Shown here piece after piece: positions 36,139 through 45,121 of a DNA stretch of 60,741 nt; within the stretch, counting starts at the first letter, position 1, and the number at the start of each line of letters is the position of its first letter. The stretch covers positions 1 to 60,741 of IMG/VR virus record IMGVR_UViG_3300035156_000099; one strand, 5' to 3'. This DNA comes from a virus. Its lineage: Duplodnaviria; Caudoviricetes. The position numbers and the translations under genes were made by a program. The notes below the pieces were generated by a model. It made no database searches, had not been told where the DNA came from, and saw only the letters and a program-made list of their open reading frames with translations.

Positions 36139-36305
36139 GACTGCAGGCCCCGATCGCGTGACTCGGTGATCAGTGGCGCCTGGCCATCCTCCAGATTCCA
36201 CGCCTCGGTGTGCGGGCAGCTGGTGCACATCCGTACGAACTGGCTGGCGAGACTGGACATCGGCGCGCCACAGACTGGACAGGGTTTTCCTTTCGCCGAA
36301 TCCAT
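36135..36305 (-). CDS. Small Zn-ribbon protein (56 aa)
   Basis: MDSAKGKPCPVCGAPM..MCTSC; coupled at both ends. Confidence 0.6.
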   Translation of the reverse strand: MDSAKGKPCPVCGAPMSSLASQFVRMCTSCPHTEAWNLEDGQAPLITESRDRGLQS

Positions 36306-36526
36306 CACACCACCGCCTTGGCTGGGATTCCCGCACTGCTAAGCCAGTCCAGTTCGTAGTCAGCGATGGCCTGGGTGTATTCGCTGCAGTCGGCCAACAT
36401 GGTTGCGACGATTGGCTCAGGCGTGAACGTGCCGATCAGCATCAACGTGCCCCGGCATCGAACGATCATCCCCGGCAGCAATTCTTTCGGCGCGCCCTGG
36501 GTCCACTTCAAATTCAGAATCGTCAT
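36305..36526 (-). CDS. Hypothetical protein
   Basis: MTILNLKWTQGAP..., coupled ORF. Confidence 0.55.
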   Translation of the reverse strand: MTILNLKWTQGAPKELLPGMIVRCRGTLMLIGTFTPEPIVATMLADCSEYTQAIADYELDWLSSAGIPAKAVV

Positions 36527-36587
36527 GCCTGCGCCCTCTTTAGTTCTCTGGTCAGTTCCCGGTAATGCGCGGTCAGGTTTAATCCGC

Positions 36588-37121
36588 TCATAATGTGCAG
36601 CCCTCGTGCAGTAGCCGCTTTGCTTGAACATAAGCCGCGTAGGCTTCGTCTTCGCTGTAGAAGTAACCAAGGCCTTTTTGCTTGCCATCAACCGTAATTG
36701 CTGACCTCCAAGGCTTTTTGTATCCAGCCTTGTTGGCGTAAACGCCGAGGAACCGACTTGACGCTTTGCTCCTCTGAGGGATCCGGATGTTTTGCTGGTT
36801 GGTCCTGCGTGATGCATCACGAAGATTTGCAAAGCGATCGTTAGTGGCGTCGCCATCGATATGATCTATTTCGAAAACTGGCCAGCTGCCGGTCATCCAC
36901 AGCCACGCAAGCCTGTAGGCGAGATAGGTACGAGTCTCGATCCGAATTACTGTGCGTCCATCTTTTCGGGCGGTACCGGCCAGTTCGCCCTTTCGATGCA
37001 TCACAGCCGATCCATGGAATCCCGAACGGGCTTCCGCCTTCCAAAGGAAATTCCCCGTCTCAGGGTCGTAATCCACCAGCTCGCGCAACCTTTCTGCCGT
37101 CAAACGGTGAGGGATACTCAT
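36588..37121 (-). CDS. HNH-AP2 homing endonuclease
   Basis: YDPETG, RLAW, IDHIDG..NDR..NLR, LGYF..EAY.AY. Confidence 0.92.
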   Translation of the reverse strand: MSIPHRLTAERLRELVDYDPETGNFLWKAEARSGFHGSAVMHRKGELAGTARKDGRTVIRIETRTYLAYRLAWLWMTGSWPVFEIDHIDGDATNDRFANLRDASRRTNQQNIRIPQRSKASSRFLGVYANKAGYKKPWRSAITVDGKQKGLGYFYSEDEAYAAYVQAKRLLHEGCTL

Positions 37122-37786
37122 GCTGCCTCCTCACGCTTAAGCTGTATGGTCTTCGCCCTGAACTCGACCGTTATCGCCTTCAGCTCGTCTATGGTGTGCT
37201 TGCGCGGCTCATGGTCTGATTCCAGCGCCTCGACTGCTGCCAAGCCGATACGCTCGACCAGACCTGACCGGAAACCCTGCGAAACCGACTCGCCCTTACG
37301 CGCGTACTTGGATGAGCCCGCATTACAGGCTTTGCACTGGAGCCAAATATTTTCAGGAACCATCCGAAGTTCTGGCCGGGCTCCCTTGCCGAGAAAATGG
37401 CCCGCATCAAAAGCCCCGCCGGTCTTCCAGCCCTGAGCGGCTTGGATCTCGGCCTGGCTCTTTCCGCAACTGATGCACCCACTGCCGATCGACAGTTCGT
37501 AGGTGCGCCGGTAATCGCGGACGGCCTTCTCTGCTTCCTTCACGAATTCCGAACGCGTCTTCAGCTTCTCCTTGCGGACCTTGATGTCACGGCGCTCGAC
37601 CTGGGCCAGCGACTTGCGGGCCTTGTCCTGATTCGCTGGCGCCATTACCAGCGCACAGGCCGGGCTGCAAACCTTCTGCCCGAGGCGCTGAGGCGTGAAC
37701 TCGCTCCCACAGGATGGGTTAGCGCAGGCCTTGGTTTTGCGCTTTGGCGGGCATTTTTGCGGGCGTTCCGCTCCCACGGCGTTCAC
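37118..37786 (-). CDS. ninG: NinG/Rap recombination endonuclease
   Basis: QKVCSPACA, CISCG, DAGHF, NIWLQC..CN. Confidence 0.9.
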   Translation of the reverse strand: MNAVGAERPQKCPPKRKTKACANPSCGSEFTPQRLGQKVCSPACALVMAPANQDKARKSLAQVERRDIKVRKEKLKTRSEFVKEAEKAVRDYRRTYELSIGSGCISCGKSQAEIQAAQGWKTGGAFDAGHFLGKGARPELRMVPENIWLQCKACNAGSSKYARKGESVSQGFRSGLVERIGLAAVEALESDHEPRKHTIDELKAITVEFRAKTIQLKREEAA

Positions 37787-37876
37787 AGCCCACCCCCGAA
37801 CCGGAACGAGTCCGGGTTGGAGTGGTAGCCGTGCTCGAGCAGGAGGGCGATGGCCCGAATGAGGCCCTTTGCGGAA

Positions 37877-38278
37877 TTAATCATACTGGCCGCCCCATAG
37901 GTCAGCCTGGGACCACTTCACGCCCTGCTCCGCCCCGAAGGCATGCATCACTTCGAAAAGGTCGCTGAACCACTTCTGCGACTGCTTGCGGGTGGAGATA
38001 CCCAGCACGACGAAACCACCGTCGAGCCCAGGCACTGCGCGCTGCTTTTCGACCGAGGCGCTGAAGATGTGCTTCCAGTCCTCGTCCGAGAGCTTCTTGC
38101 CGTACCACTCGACCTGCTGGGATACGTCGCGGAGCATTGCCCACATCTTGCGATTGCTGACGTCCGGGCGCTTTTCATCCTTGATCACCACGAGCTTCGG
38201 CTTCGTCAGATCTGTCGCGTGTAGGTAGCCCATGATCCGTGCGATGTCGCCGGTGGACTTGAGTGCGAACTCGGTCAT
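37877..38278 (-). CDS. ninB: NinB/Orf recombination protein
   Basis: NRKMWAML.DVS.QVEW.G, DWKHIF, VPGLDGGFVVLG.ST. Confidence 0.92.
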   Translation of the reverse strand: MTEFALKSTGDIARIMGYLHATDLTKPKLVVIKDEKRPDVSNRKMWAMLRDVSQQVEWYGKKLSDEDWKHIFSASVEKQRAVPGLDGGFVVLGISTRKQSQKWFSDLFEVMHAFGAEQGVKWSQADLWGGQYD

Positions 38279-38360
38279 CGCGCACCCCCAAACCAGTACG
38301 TCTCACGGCCGTCGGTGTGGACCAACTTGTTCTTCAGCAGGGTTTTGAGTTGGGACCAGG

Positions 38361-39296
38361 TCATGGGCGACCTCCGGTACCGCAAGCGCTCAGCTCAGTG
38401 AATACCCGGGTGTAGAGGCGCTGGCCGACCTTCTCGCAAAGCCCCGCGTTGACGCAGGCCCGTGGATGACTGGCCTTAAGCCGATTGATCGCATCACCGC
38501 TGACGATCACGCGCCGCCCGGTGACGTCATCTGCTATCGCGCCGCCCGGGATGTGGCCGGCATGCTGTGGAGTGCTTGCGGCTCTCAGCGCCTTGATCTC
38601 ATCCGCCTGCGCCTGATTGTGCGACGTCAGATCGTCGCAGCGCTTTCGGAGGATGTCGGCAACGTGCATGCCCAGTTCGTGAGTTGCGGCGTTCGGGCGA
38701 ACCCAATCCGTCTTGTCGCTGAACTCCTTGTAGGCGGTCTCGAAGCGCTGGAGGCGTTCGTTTTCCTTGCGCAGCGCTTCGATCTTCTGAGTCTGCGCAC
38801 TCAGGGCTTGCTCAGGAACCAACGCGTAATCCGCGTATTCTCCGCCCAGCTTGGACAGCAACAGTTCAGCCTCGCCGTGGTAGTGATGACGCTCGTTCTG
38901 GTCCTCGTCCTGGTCGTGCTCGCTATCGACGAATAGCTTGAGCAGTGCGCACACGGCTTCTTTCTCGGCCTTGAGTCGGTCGCGCTGTTCCGCAAATTCA
39001 GAATAGTTGCGAATGTGTGCGGCTATATGGCCTGCGATTTCTGTCCTAGAACGCTCAATCTCCGCGATCAGCTCCAGCACTGCCGCAGGGTTGGCGGCGG
39101 CGATGTACTTGGCGTTTGCCTCAAACATGGCCGCGTACTCAGGGTTGTGCTTCTTGCTGGCCGAATGCGCTGCCCCAATGGCCTGGTTCCCGCAACCGAT
39201 ATGCCAGAAACGCCCGTCAGGCCTTTCGCCACAAGTCCACTCGCCCTGCGTGGCTGCCTCAGCCAGCGCCTTCAACTTCTGAATATCGATGCTCAT
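38361..39296 (-). CDS. Ead/Ea22-like protein
   Basis: IQKLKALAEAATQGEW..ANAKYIAAANPAAVLELIAEIE. Confidence 0.85.
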   Translation of the reverse strand: MSIDIQKLKALAEAATQGEWTCGERPDGRFWHIGCGNQAIGAAHSASKKHNPEYAAMFEANAKYIAAANPAAVLELIAEIERSRTEIAGHIAAHIRNYSEFAEQRDRLKAEKEAVCALLKLFVDSEHDQDEDQNERHHYHGEAELLLSKLGGEYADYALVPEQALSAQTQKIEALRKENERLQRFETAYKEFSDKTDWVRPNAATHELGMHVADILRKRCDDLTSHNQAQADEIKALRAASTPQHAGHIPGGAIADDVTGRRVIVSGDAINRLKASHPRACVNAGLCEKVGQRLYTRVFTELSACGTGGRP

Positions 39297-39577
39297 GCCT
39301 TCACCTCAATACCCGCAGCGCTCAGCGCCTCATGTACGTCTGCCGCCTTGTAGAACGGGACGGTCATGCGGTAGTCGCCAGATGGGAGGGGCTTGGGGAG
39401 GTTGACCGCCAGCGCAGCGCGGGAGGCCTGCCATGCGTCCCAGCAGTGCTGGACGGTGAAGCCAGTGTATTCGCCCTCGGTCACGCCGTGCAGCGGATTG
39501 AAACGGTCCAGCGACTGGTTGGGCCAGTTGGAGACGACCCACGCTTCGAACTCTTCCCGCATTTTGTCTGTGTTCAT
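39293..39577 (-). CDS. Phage protein (REEFEAW..WQASRA family)
   Basis: Motifs shared with 40449-40883 and 58398-58727. Confidence 0.8.
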   Translation of the reverse strand: MNTDKMREEFEAWVVSNWPNQSLDRFNPLHGVTEGEYTGFTVQHCWDAWQASRAALAVNLPKPLPSGDYRMTVPFYKAADVHEALSAAGIEVKA

Positions 39578-39689
39578 TTGAAAGGAGTCTCCTGCGGCAA
39601 CGGCTTCACCACCGTCTCAACTCTGTGCCCGGTGCCGACTGCGGCTACCAGGGTGATGGCTGCTATGCAGATCCAGATTCGGGAGGTGG

Positions 39690-39917
39690 TCATGAGGTCA
39701 CCCGGCAGTCGTTGCAGCCTGGGCGGCAAATGAATTCAGGCATCGGGTCGCCCTCGAATCGCTCAACACGCTCAACGGTGTCACCGCGCTTGATGTAGCC
39801 GGCCACGGTCTTGGCCGTGTCTTTGGCATACAGCGGCTCATCCCAGCACGAGGCAGAGACCTTTCCGCAGGTACGCCGGGCGAGGTACATGAACCCCATT
39901 GATTTCCGGTCGCTCAT
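39690..39917 (-). CDS. Hypothetical Cys-rich protein
   Basis: Coupled ORF in the nin region. Confidence 0.6.
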   Translation of the reverse strand: MSDRKSMGFMYLARRTCGKVSASCWDEPLYAKDTAKTVAGYIKRGDTVERVERFEGDPMPEFICRPGCNDCRVTS

Positions 39918-40231
39918 ACGTGCCTCCGATCGTGGAAGTTGCCGCCACGGCGCTTGAACGGCGAACTGACTTGGGCCTGAGCTGCATTACCCGCATCGCG
40001 CAGGCTCACCTCGGCGTTGTCGGCATAGCCCTTCCACACGACTTCGTCGCCAGCCTTACCGGACAGAACGAGCAGAACCGCTGTTGGCTCGCTCTTCACG
40101 TCGTCGGCTTGAATCCAGTCGGCGCAGGTGCGCAAGTAATCGGCAATCACGTTGCGCCTAGCCTGCTCCGAAGCGACACGGCGGTTGTGCGCAGTCCGGG
40201 ACGCGGGGAATTGATGGATGTCTGCACTCAT
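39914..40231 (-). CDS. Hypothetical protein
   Basis: Coupled ORF. Confidence 0.65.
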   Translation of the reverse strand: MSADIHQFPASRTAHNRRVASEQARRNVIADYLRTCADWIQADDVKSEPTAVLLVLSGKAGDEVVWKGYADNAEVSLRDAGNAAQAQVSSPFKRRGGNFHDRRHV

Positions 40232-40452
40232 GGCTTAACCCTCTTGGTAACGGTGACATCCCACATTTCACCGCCGCCGCCGATCTCAAACTCGCCGTCA
40301 TGGTGCTCGCCCTTGTCGATCAGAGCCTTCATGAAGTCGCTGGTTACATCCTGCCGCGATCCTTCGGTGATCTCGGTGCGCTTGGCATTTTCATAACCGG
40401 CGATAATCCGGCCGTCGATCGCTGTAACAGCCAGCCTGATCTTTTTGCTCAT
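40228..40452 (-). CDS. Hypothetical protein
   Basis: GRIIAG..RQDVTSD; coupled ORF. Confidence 0.7.
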   Translation of the reverse strand: MSKKIRLAVTAIDGRIIAGYENAKRTEITEGSRQDVTSDFMKALIDKGEHHDGEFEIGGGGEMWDVTVTKRVKP

Positions 40453-40883
40453 GACTTCACCTCTTCGGTGCTAAGAGCAAGGCCGCCGCAGATATCCACG
40501 ATCATCATCGACATGTTAGCCACGTCAGCTGCGTACTCGTTGATGCTGGCTGCGTCACTACCGTGAACCGCTTTATGAAGCTTCCCGGTGTGGTAGTAGA
40601 TTTCCAGCAGGCAATCCCCCGGAGTCATTTTTAGCCAGCCCGGTCGATCACCCTTATAGGAGTTTGCTGCCAGCTCCCTTTTCATAATTTCCAGGAATGG
40701 ATTGAGCACTTCGTCATATTTGCTAGGGCTTGCGCGAGATGCCTGCCATGCTTCCCAAGCGGCCTGCGTCTGGACATGCTCGTAATAGCAACCGGAAAGC
40801 CGTCCCATCGGAAGTTTTTCCCCGTCGTCTTCATAGACTTCATGGGCGTGAGCCCACGCTTCAAACTCTTCACGAATACCCAT
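40449..40883 (-). CDS. REEFEAW-family protein fused to a MazG-like helical domain
   Basis: C-terminal EYAADVANMSMMI. Confidence 0.65.
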   Translation of the reverse strand: MGIREEFEAWAHAHEVYEDDGEKLPMGRLSGCYYEHVQTQAAWEAWQASRASPSKYDEVLNPFLEIMKRELAANSYKGDRPGWLKMTPGDCLLEIYYHTGKLHKAVHGSDAASINEYAADVANMSMMIVDICGGLALSTEEVKS

Positions 40884-41074
40884 CACACGCACCCCCAAAC
40901 CAGATTCACATTCACACTGCCGCTACCTACCTCAGCCCGCCTAATCACCCCGTCCTGACGCACAAGGCGCGCATCTGCCCCCTTGGTCAGCCTTACGATG
41001 TCTCGGTTGATCTCGACGACCTGGAAGCCTTCGGACTTGAGGGTGTTGACGGTTTGTTTTTGGATGGGGGTCAT
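40883..41074 (-). CDS. Hypothetical protein
   Basis: Coupled ORF after the replication genes. Confidence 0.65.
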   Translation of the reverse strand: MTPIQKQTVNTLKSEGFQVVEINRDIVRLTKGADARLVRQDGVIRRAEVGSGSVNVNLVWGCV

Positions 41075-41856
41075 TGGGCTGCCCTCTTCGACTGCAATTC
41101 TTCGGCTTGGCGGTTGAGCAGCGCCCGGCGATCAGCCAGGTCATTCGCCGCCGCGATCTTCATTTCGAGACGGCGCTCTTCGGTAGCAGCGCGCATTTCG
41201 GCCATGTCGTCTTTGATCTTCTGGAGCTTCTTGCGGACGTCGACGCTGGGGCGGGCCACGGTGCCGGTGATCAGCCCGGCAATTGCCCGGCCGTCTTCGG
41301 TGATAGGCGCGATGCGCAGGTCAGCGAGGTACTTGGCACCGGACTCGTGAGTGATCAGTTGGGAGCGGACTGCACCCTCGATCGCAATCACCCGGCGCGC
41401 CTGGTCGTAGCCCAGCGAAACCTCCCACGTCAGCGGTGTGGCTTCGGATCGCGCAGATGCCACCAGACGCTCGTAGGCGCTGATGAACGCCATCCGCGCA
41501 CCTACCTTGTCGCCGACTTCCAGAACGGGCCCAGATGCTGCCATGGCCTGTCTGATTTCAGGTGTCAGTAGCACGGTCTCGTACTCATCGCTTGCGGCGA
41601 GCGCGATGGACCAGGCCTCATCCTTTCCCGGCCGGCCATCCGCTGCCTGAATCCGCTGAAGGACTGCGCCCAGAGTGAAGCGGCCGGTCAGTTCGCGGCG
41701 GCAGCCACGGAGTGCGATGGCGATTGCCTCGACTGTAAATTCAGCCAAGTCCTCGGCCATCATCTGCGCTGCGTTGGGGCTGATGGTCTGGCCCAATACC
41801 TCAGCCGTACCGCAAATTGCCATCGCGAGTTCTGCTTGCTCATCGAATGAAAGCAT
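41071..41856 (-). CDS. Replication accessory protein (P-position, putative helicase loader)
   Basis: DGRPGKDEAW, GARMAFISAYERL; follows the initiator. Confidence 0.7.
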   Translation of the reverse strand: MLSFDEQAELAMAICGTAEVLGQTISPNAAQMMAEDLAEFTVEAIAIALRGCRRELTGRFTLGAVLQRIQAADGRPGKDEAWSIALAASDEYETVLLTPEIRQAMAASGPVLEVGDKVGARMAFISAYERLVASARSEATPLTWEVSLGYDQARRVIAIEGAVRSQLITHESGAKYLADLRIAPITEDGRAIAGLITGTVARPSVDVRKKLQKIKDDMAEMRAATEERRLEMKIAAANDLADRRALLNRQAEELQSKRAAQ

Positions 41857-42754
41857 TGCCCTTCCCTCCACCGTTGCGAATGGCGGACGCGGCTTGATGG
41901 GCTGCGCTGATGTTGGCCTGCGTGTTTTCCATCTGGCGGGCAGTCACGGCGTTGACCTGGCGGCCTGTTACCCATTGCGTGCGGATGCCCTCGGCTCTGG
42001 CAACCAGCAAGCCGAACTCATGCGAGGCGCGGATGAAGAACGAATCGTTGATGGTCACGTAGAACATCGCGACCTGGGGGGCCTCATCAGCCCCGAGGCG
42101 TTGAACGAGCTGGGCAACCTGAGTGTTCACCTTGGCGTTGCGCACAGGCTCGACGCCGTACCGTTCCAGATAGGCGATGGTGTAGGCGTCCCAAGTGGCT
42201 GCGTTGGCGATCTGGCCTTCGGTCTTTTGCTTTGGCCGTGGCTTCAGCACCTGGACGTTCGACGGCGCCGGAGCGACAGCGCTCGGCAAGGGTTCTTGTT
42301 CCGGGATCAGAACATCAGGAATCAGTGAATCAGGAATCAGAAGATCAGAATCAGAAGAGAGGGAATCAGCCCGAGTCGTACCGATTAATTCGGAACGAGT
42401 ACCGAGAAAATCGGAAGTGATACAACCATCTGATACAGAAGGAATTTCTGAATCCTTCTCATTCTTGTGCGGGTTTTGGTGCTTGGTGAAGTTCACGACC
42501 TCGATGTACGACTTGCCTGTCGCCGTGTAGCGAACGATGAAGCCTTTGTGCGCCAACCAGTGCAGCATCGAGTCAACGTCAGCTTCGCGATAGGGGAAGA
42601 TTTCCGCCTTGATGCGCAGAGGACGATCTTCGAGGCGACCTTCTTTGTCGGCCAGCAACCAGAGCCCTTGGAATAGCAACGTGCACAGTGGGTGGCCGAC
42701 GCCGAGGATCTCGTTGGTGAAGAGAGCTGGTTTTATGTTGCGTGCGCGGGCCAT
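41840..42754 (-). CDS. Replication initiator protein
   Basis: MARARNIKP, GLWLLADKEGRL, NFTKHQ; internal iteron-like repeats. Confidence 0.88.
   Translation of the reverse strand: MARARNIKPALFTNEILGVGHPLCTLLFQGLWLLADKEGRLEDRPLRIKAEIFPYREADVDSMLHWLAHKGFIVRYTATGKSYIEVVNFTKHQNPHKNEKDSEIPSVSDGCITSDFLGTRSELIGTTRADSLSSDSDLLIPDSLIPDVLIPEQEPLPSAVAPAPSNVQVLKPRPKQKTEGQIANAATWDAYTIAYLERYGVEPVRNAKVNTQVAQLVQRLGADEAPQVAMFYVTINDSFFIRASHEFGLLVARAEGIRTQWVTGRQVNAVTARQMENTQANISAAHQAASAIRNGGGKGNAFIR
42300..42370. repeat. Tandem (G/A)ATCAG repeats, putative origin iterons
   Basis: About eight ATCAG units at 6-9 bp spacing inside the initiator gene. Confidence 0.6.
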
Positions 42755-43446
42755 TACTTCACCCCGTATGTTTGAGCAAACTGGCTGATGGCACCACCTA
42801 CATCCTCGAACCACTCGCCATGGCGGCGCATAGAGGAAAAGCGGCAATGAAGTTCTTGCTCGACGTCATCAGGAATGACGGCAAGCGTTGAAAGGATCGC
42901 CCCTGCGCCCGTCTGCAGGGCCTTAATTCGCCCCTTAACGTCAGTGGTTCGGCCGATCTTGATGTGGCCGGTCAGCGGGTGCTGGACGATATATGTGCTG
43001 GTAGAAGTGCGCTGACGATCAATAACGCTCTTGTTAGCGAGCATGTAGAACGGAATCAGGGTGGCCTCGGCATAGAACAAGGCGCTCAGATGGTGCTTAA
43101 TCGCCGTTGATATCTCCGGGTATTTGTCAAAGGCAGGAGCAATCACCTGGAGGTAATTACGGCCCGACTCAATGTCATCCAAAGCAGCCCGCGCAGCCGG
43201 AGCCAGCATGTGGTCCAGCGCACTAAGATCTATCGCGCCAACTTTCTCGCTGGCGAGCGCCAAGACCCTGAAGCCCCATTGGTAAGCCACGCTTAGCGGA
43301 GCCGTCCCTGCCGTGAGGGTTTCGTATACATCGACGATCTCATCGACTGACATAGTGCGCGCCACGTTTTCACTGATCTCGTTTCGTGGCGCGAGATGTC
43401 GGGTATTGCCATGTTCATGAATTTGCATATATGATCCGTCCATCAA
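42754..43446 (-). CDS. T5orf172/GIY-YIG-like domain protein
   Basis: YIVQ..HIKIGRT..RIKALQTG..EQELH.RF..GEWF. Confidence 0.8.
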   Translation of the reverse strand: MMDGSYMQIHEHGNTRHLAPRNEISENVARTMSVDEIVDVYETLTAGTAPLSVAYQWGFRVLALASEKVGAIDLSALDHMLAPAARAALDDIESGRNYLQVIAPAFDKYPEISTAIKHHLSALFYAEATLIPFYMLANKSVIDRQRTSTSTYIVQHPLTGHIKIGRTTDVKGRIKALQTGAGAILSTLAVIPDDVEQELHCRFSSMRRHGEWFEDVGGAISQFAQTYGVK

Positions 43447-43523
43447 GTTGTGTGTTCAAAAGGCCGGGTCACTACCCCGGCTTTTTTTCGTCTCGGATTT
43501 GGCAGAGGCCCTCTGGATTACCC

Positions 43524-43730
43524 TTAAGAGTCCCTGCCTGAGGCCCTCATTTGGGTCACCAGTTGAAGGACCGGCGCCTTCTTCTTCCCAACCTCAGAAA
43601 GCGCCCCGTTTGCTATGGACGCCTCCATCATTGCGTTGATGGCCTGGCTGAAACTCCAGCCGTTTCGGCTCATCAACCCCTTCACCTGTTCCCGCGTCTG
43701 CGGCGGCAGCTTTTCAAGTTCAACGGTCAT
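43524..43730 (-). CDS. Hypothetical protein
   Basis: 68-aa ORF with GGAGG RBS. Confidence 0.65.
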   Translation of the reverse strand: MTVELEKLPPQTREQVKGLMSRNGWSFSQAINAMMEASIANGALSEVGKKKAPVLQLVTQMRASGRDS

Positions 43731-43749
43731 TTGGCCCTCCAAAGGGGCT

Positions 43750-43950
43750 TCAGCCCGCGATATCTTCTTGCTTGTCCTGCATCAGCTCCTGGATCACGCC
43801 GTTTGCCACGGCCCATTCGATGATTTCGTAGAGATAGGTCGCGTGCTGCATGCGGGTTTTGGTTGCGGCTTTACGCAAGATCCGATCAAGCACTGGTTCG
43901 AAACGAACCTTTACCGGGATGGCGCGCTTCTGATTGGGGTCCATGTACAT
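43750..43950 (-). CDS. RHH-like regulator (CII position)
   Basis: VKVRF..ATYLYEIIEW; follows cro. Confidence 0.7.
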   Translation of the reverse strand: MYMDPNQKRAIPVKVRFEPVLDRILRKAATKTRMQHATYLYEIIEWAVANGVIQELMQDKQEDIAG

Positions 43951-43980
43951 GCTTCGTTTTCCTCTGGCTGATGAATGGGT

Positions 43981-44190
43981 TTAAGCGGCGGATTTCTTGA
44001 GCGTCTGAACTGGGTCGTCTTCGCGCTTAGCGATAAGCGCCCCGCTCGACTCCTTCTCCAGAACGCATTGCATCGGGTAGGAGAAACCGCCGGTTGCTCG
44101 GCACTGAGATACGCGGCTGCCGGTCACGCCAAGGGCGTCGCCGATAGCGCGGCCAGTGCCAAAATGTTTCAGTGCTTCGTCGTAGGTCAT
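43981..44190 (-). CDS. cro: Cro repressor
   Basis: MTYDEALKHFG..IGDALGVT..RVSQ..S.GAL. Confidence 0.88.
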   Translation of the reverse strand: MTYDEALKHFGTGRAIGDALGVTGSRVSQCRATGGFSYPMQCVLEKESSGALIAKREDDPVQTLKKSAA

Positions 44191-44214
44191 GGGTTGTCTC
44201 CAGTGTCTTCGCCG

Positions 44215-44277
44215 AGTTTAGAGTTCTTAACAGCACAAGGCAAGTTATCTAAACAATGAATTGTTTAGAATCCTAAA
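44215..44277. promoter_or_regulatory. OR operators with PR and PRM
   Basis: Three TTWAG-N4-CTWAA-like sites (44217, 44240, 44264); PR TTGCCT-17-TAAACT on minus; PRM -10 TAGAAT 44266-44271. Confidence 0.75.
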
Positions 44278-44278
44278 T

Positions 44279-45106
44279 ATGGAATTCAAAGACCGTGTTA
44301 CCGCGCGCATGAAGGCTCTCAACCTCAACGCGACCGACATCAGCAAAATGACTGGCGTGTCTAAAGCGACGGTCAGTTTTTGGGTGAGCGGCACCAATGG
44401 GGCGAAGGGGAAGAACTTGCTGGCCTTAGCCAAGGCCCTGGATTGCTCGCCCGACTGGTTGTCTGATGGGGTTGGAGGCGTTGAGTCGAATCAGGTAGAC
44501 CATTCGAAGCCCGGAATGTCGACGGCAGATCTGGTCGCGCAGATGCTTTCTTCCAAGGCCGGCAAGAACCTTTCCGACAAAGCTCGCGAGACAATGCTTG
44601 CGGCGGCCGCCGAAGCGGACAGCTCCGTGGACACGGGCCAGCCCTATCAAGCCGCAAATTTTGCAGCGCTACGCCCCACCAATGAAGAAATCGTTATTCG
44701 CCAGTACGACATCCGCGCAGCGATGGGTCATGGCCAGGTGCCGCCTGACTACACCGAGGTGGTACGCAATCTCGTTGTGAGGGAAGAGATTCTGCGCGAG
44801 AAAGGCGTGACCTATACCTCGAAGACATCCTTGGCCATGATCAGTGGGTGGGGCCAGAGCATGGAAGGGACCATCAACGATAAAGACTTGGTGATCGTCG
44901 ACAAGGGCGTGCAGGACTTCATCGGTGATGGGATTTACGTGCTGACCTGGCACCAGGAGCTGTATATCAAGCGCGTGATGCGTCTGGACGAGGAGAATTA
45001 CCGGCTGATCTCAGACAATCAGCATTACGAGAACCAGACGGCGCGGATCGACGACGTAACGATTCATGCGAAGGTCCTGTTGGTATGGAACGCGCGCAAG
45101 ACTTAA
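44279..45106 (+). CDS. cI: CI repressor (HTH + S24 autopeptidase)
   Basis: N-terminal HTH, AAMG cleavage region, GQSMEG, YIKR. Confidence 0.95.
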   Translation: MEFKDRVTARMKALNLNATDISKMTGVSKATVSFWVSGTNGAKGKNLLALAKALDCSPDWLSDGVGGVESNQVDHSKPGMSTADLVAQMLSSKAGKNLSDKARETMLAAAAEADSSVDTGQPYQAANFAALRPTNEEIVIRQYDIRAAMGHGQVPPDYTEVVRNLVVREEILREKGVTYTSKTSLAMISGWGQSMEGTINDKDLVIVDKGVQDFIGDGIYVLTWHQELYIKRVMRLDEENYRLISDNQHYENQTARIDDVTIHAKVLLVWNARKT

Positions 45107-45121
45107 GCCTCGCTCTCACCG

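Noticed and set aside
42300-42370. CRISPR-like or guide array
   Set aside because: Units are 6-9 bp with no spacers and lie in the initiator ORF; iterons fit better. No CRISPR array or cas gene was seen anywhere
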